Shown piece by piece: positions 45,801-48,303 of a DNA stretch of 48,303 nt; within the stretch, counting starts at the first letter, position 1, and the number at the start of each line of letters is the position of its first letter. This DNA is from Bacillota bacterium. GTDB taxonomy: Bacteria > Bacillota > Clostridia > Christensenellales > UBA1242. The stretch is from NCBI GenBank assembly GCA_009780375.1, contig WRAD01000004.1:1-48303 (forward strand), written 5' to 3'. The notes under the pieces are model-generated. The model was given only the letters and a program-made list of their open reading frames with translations. It was not told where the DNA came from and did no database searches. The translations under genes and the position numbers were made by a program.

Positions 45801-48303
45801 GATATGTGCCATTCAGATAATCCAAAGCAACATCAATAGCAATTTGTAATTCATCCCTTGTATCATCGGTAAGATAATGAGTCGGAGCGGTTCCGAATCT
45901 GCGGATGATTTCTTGGGCCTCTTCTATACGAAGTTCAAGCATTCTCTGGTTAACAATTATATTGTCAATTCTTAATGCAAGATCATGTGCCATTGCGGCA
46001 ACCTGAACCGCGGTTGGAAATCGTGTTGGCTGCATATTTGGTGTATAAATTTCTGCCAACATTTGGTTTGCGTTACTTGGATGTGTTCCAAGTTCCTCAG
46101 ATGTTGTACCTGTAAGCAAGTTACGCATATATTCTATACGCACGGAAAAATCTTCCCACTCTTCTATATCCCATTCTTGCGATTCTTTGAATAAATCAAG
46201 AAAATCTGGATGCGGTGGGTATGGCAAAGATCCGGCGGAATATGGCAAGTTTGTATTCGGATCGTTTCTCCATCCTATATAAATATCATTAAGTATATTT
46301 GCTTGGTCTACAATTTCACCGAACCTTGCTCCATCAACTTGAAGTAAAAAATATGTCGAATTCAAATTATCCTTGGCAAGACGAACAGTTGTTGGGGTTG
46401 AATCTCCACGCATAAATTCTGCTTGAGCGGCATCCCTTGCCTCAATAAATGCATCACCTGTAATCGTTGTATATCCTGCGGTTTGTACAAGCAACATAGA
46501 GTTTATAAGATCAATAAGTTTAGATTTATCAACATCAAGTGTGTTAAGTGCAAATTGCAAATTAAATGTTGCACTTGCGACTTCTGCCCCTGTTACCGAA
46601 CCTCGTTGATATCCAAGTTCTTCACATATTGGACAATGATAACTTGGATCGATTACTGTTATTGTGATTCCGTTTTCCTCTCTTGTAATGGTTACACCAT
46701 ACCTTATCAATACACAACGTGCTTCGTTATACGCGATAACAAAACGTTCCCATGTGTGATGGAAAAAGGCTATATCTGGATACCAGTTATTTGGGTAATT
46801 AGTATAAATTTCGTGGGCACGTCTTATATATTCGGTCAATCCTTGTATATCAAAACGAAGATTGTTCATAGCGTTGTACAAATTGTCAAAAGCGGTTTGT
46901 ACCTGGTTCCTTGTTGAAAATGCATTTCCAAGAATAAGCATTGCCTCTAGACGACTTTGTGCAAATGGGAGCCATGTTTCCATGGAATAATGTATTTGGT
47001 TTCGCTGATTTGCAAGTTGTACAAGTTGGCGCAAATATGTCATATCAAGAAGCAAGCTTTCATATGCAAGCTCAAGTGCGGCAAGTGCATTTTGAATCAT
47101 TGGATTTGTTACACGATTATGTCCAAGAGGTGCAAGCCTTGTTGATTCTATTAATCTGCTTGCATTTTCAATCATCGCATTCATGTGTGCGAATGAAAGA
47201 AACTGGTCTTGCATATAAAATACTCCGCTTGGATAATGCATTATGTGTGCAAGTTTTGCCTCAAGTGCGGAAGAATCTGCACGCAAACCATTCAAAGCAG
47301 ATTCCAGATGTATAAGCCACAAGGCAACATGGTCGTTTGTAATATTGGCGGTTGTGGCAATTCTTTGTTCAACATATTCTACCGCATCATCAAGAATTCC
47401 CAATGTGTGTTCAGAGAATAAACTTCGGTCAATGTCTCTTGCGTTATCTATTGCAACAAACAGCATATCAATAACAACAGGCATATCTTGTAAATTAGGA
47501 AGCCCTTCGTTTAACACAGGGTTAATTGCCCATGTCGATGCAAAATTCCATCCAAGATCATTTTCATAGTTTGTTTGCGCGTCGACCCCTCTGAAGAACA
47601 TTGGATCTTCTATTGGTTCTTGTGCCCCTGTTAATGCAGGAGAAATCCATGCAAGGGCTTGGGTTCCTGCGGTCAAGGTATGTGCAAAAGACTGGATTCG
47701 ATTTGAATTTGTGGCAACGGTACCTGTTGGTAAATTTGTTATTGCGGCGGCCGCAACTGTTCCAATACCAATTGGATGAGCTCGAATAGCATGTCTTACA
47801 TCTACCGCATTTGATCTAATTTGAATTCCTACCACCGCACTGTTTCTTATAACCATTGGTGTGGTTGTTTCACCAACAATACCCATTGCAACAGAACGGC
47901 GCGCACTTGAAGTAACTTGTGTTGCTGATGCCTCTATCGTTGCATTGACAAGCACACGCTCTACAACGGTTCGTCCGCCCTGAAGCACGGTGTCTGCACG
48001 TTCATTTCGCCCAATTATGCCGGATGCGGTTGCATTTGGTCCACTGTCACGAATCACCCCCATTACCATAACATCTTGGACAAGTGGTGCCCAAACATTG
48101 GCATTATTAGTAATTCGTCCAACGATACCTGCCATATATCCAGGCGTTGTTGATGTGTTGGTTCCATGCATTGTTCCGCGAAAATAACTGTGCCTTACTG
48201 TGCCACTTTCCATAGATCCGACAAGCCCACCTGCATAAAGACTTGTCGTTTCAATCCTTACATTATCAACGAACGAGTGAGTAATTGAATTATTAGAAAG
48301 CAA
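42829..48303 (-). CDS. giant protein, 5' end outside window: GLUG/beta-helix-like region, about 19 FIVAR-like repeats, C-terminal dockerin-like domain
   Basis: YAGGLVG, MAGIVG, ASGIIG repeats and LGWNF...W.....N.G.P.L; (Y/F)T..(S/T)W..(F/L)..A...A repeats; duplicated (G/A)D(V/I)RGL.NPNN.DVG.LQ.HVRG. Frame is open to the window edge. Confidence 0.85.
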   Translation of the reverse strand: MLSNNSITHSFVDNVRIETTSLYAGGLVGSMESGTVRHSYFRGTMHGTNTSTTPGYMAGIVGRITNNANVWAPLVQDVMVMGVIRDSGPNATASGIIGRNERADTVLQGGRTVVERVLVNATIEASATQVTSSARRSVAMGIVGETTTPMVIRNSAVVGIQIRSNAVDVRHAIRAHPIGIGTVAAAAITNLPTGTVATNSNRIQSFAHTLTAGTQALAWISPALTGAQEPIEDPMFFRGVDAQTNYENDLGWNFASTWAINPVLNEGLPNLQDMPVVIDMLFVAIDNARDIDRSLFSEHTLGILDDAVEYVEQRIATTANITNDHVALWLIHLESALNGLRADSSALEAKLAHIMHYPSGVFYMQDQFLSFAHMNAMIENASRLIESTRLAPLGHNRVTNPMIQNALAALELAYESLLLDMTYLRQLVQLANQRNQIHYSMETWLPFAQSRLEAMLILGNAFSTRNQVQTAFDNLYNAMNNLRFDIQGLTEYIRRAHEIYTNYPNNWYPDIAFFHHTWERFVIAYNEARCVLIRYGVTITREENGITITVIDPSYHCPICEELGYQRGSVTGAEVASATFNLQFALNTLDVDKSKLIDLINSMLLVQTAGYTTITGDAFIEARDAAQAEFMRGDSTPTTVRLAKDNLNSTYFLLQVDGARFGEIVDQANILNDIYIGWRNDPNTNLPYSAGSLPYPPHPDFLDLFKESQEWDIEEWEDFSVRIEYMRNLLTGTTSEELGTHPSNANQMLAEIYTPNMQPTRFPTAVQVAAMAHDLALRIDNIIVNQRMLELRIEEAQEIIRRFGTAPTHYLTDDTRDELQIAIDVALDYLNGTYPARPTLAGLRAQREILQNAIGMLRFNMQLLHYEINKATNEFSIHEEYFTIESFATFTQSLDNAVAEYDTYINGVLDTREYERLVVILHELRNSISMLLTDLSELEELMLYTGTLNPAYFTYLSWANLENAISYANTILFGTNPTIQTLRNTIQNLQDALGSLLLNFNALDDVVDQIEQRLLRARVPRPNETPPRHFYRATELGILQGYLDQANAMRLNSGTNLNQMLDIIERLLLSVYGGTYNSVTYVGLVVDDIHVRDLITWLQNQSSTDYTQATWELLQEQISRSKDFLDLTFNPETHTTDHLVVQYQMLLDAFNALEADTSALTALVNIAGRVRQNFVTEETWEPFQIARSAAVAILNYQGRLTVTEVQNAYADLENAMEELVANRIPLQGLVNDVSIAPYYTIAINFLTDSWTAFLASRNAGVTAAANVNINVFDLMEIYDELRIMHANLLPDLEPLSNLLGDAFEFDRSQFTQETSAQLTNAINFATGVLEPPPPSIREVFEAIRKLEEAMSAMVVEKSELKALIAQVEAKDPSLYTTTSWNALITQLNAARSFIEIDSSDVTALETYIENLLYAIYNLAFQSGTLDELLAKAQYHLPYARYYTLESFMALIDAVTFANDVIAQGLPSNDSGWISAAQNLLDALARLISIRNLRHYHEIARIFQKYDIRDDIRWDELVTVIHNNEQLFINGSEQAVLNATIATRNAVEDALTEYHYFTILSWNAFQVQLVNAINGNQHELRQVLDNLVYVGNLVRIISEIEQLAQDTTPEWLILLQLMEYNDVLLNEGTRQEIDDHVVALRNALNNILADTLLHIALNPLMPGYQILRFIDAAGNAIDGHHQGDVFLANFAAGELLETLLAQFINKGLRVFESLNQGEQEIIDLNTTVATGMQIKLFNGESVIDKVTIVVIGDVRGLGNPNNADVGRLQAHVRGQLLESANFLAADIRGLNNPNNSDVGLLQSHVRGSVDIFDGLRLQQEQGEAA

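Noticed and set aside
37832-48303. Classical cellulosome
   Set aside because: One cohesin-like domain only and no CAZyme catalytic domain visible; caveat that the 5' part of the dockerin gene is outside the window.

Overview
Chromosomal window of an AT-rich, Bacillota-like (probably Clostridia) bacterium using genetic code 11. Core content: a complete S10-spc ribosomal protein cluster (rpsJ to secY, minus strand), suhB, a short alaS, rimP-nusA-ylxR, tRNA-Arg(CCT) and a cysteine desulfurase. Accessory content: five large repeat-rich surface proteins, a GNAT/M20 pair and a small Xre switch. Best candidates for novelty: (1) a translationally coupled, apparently non-cellulosomal operon (FIVAR stalk with atypical dockerin, then a membrane-anchored cohesin protein with a cytoplasmic tail, then a cytoplasmic coiled-coil protein); (2) a ClpX paralogue with an intact ATPase core but all substrate-gripping and ClpP-docking loops replaced, next to a MORN-repeat gene; (3) an unannotated leader-peptide attenuator ahead of GNAT-M20; (4) basic low-complexity extensions on about half of the ribosomal proteins; (5) apparent leaderless gene starts on many standalone genes. 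All family calls were made by eye from motifs; no searches were run.
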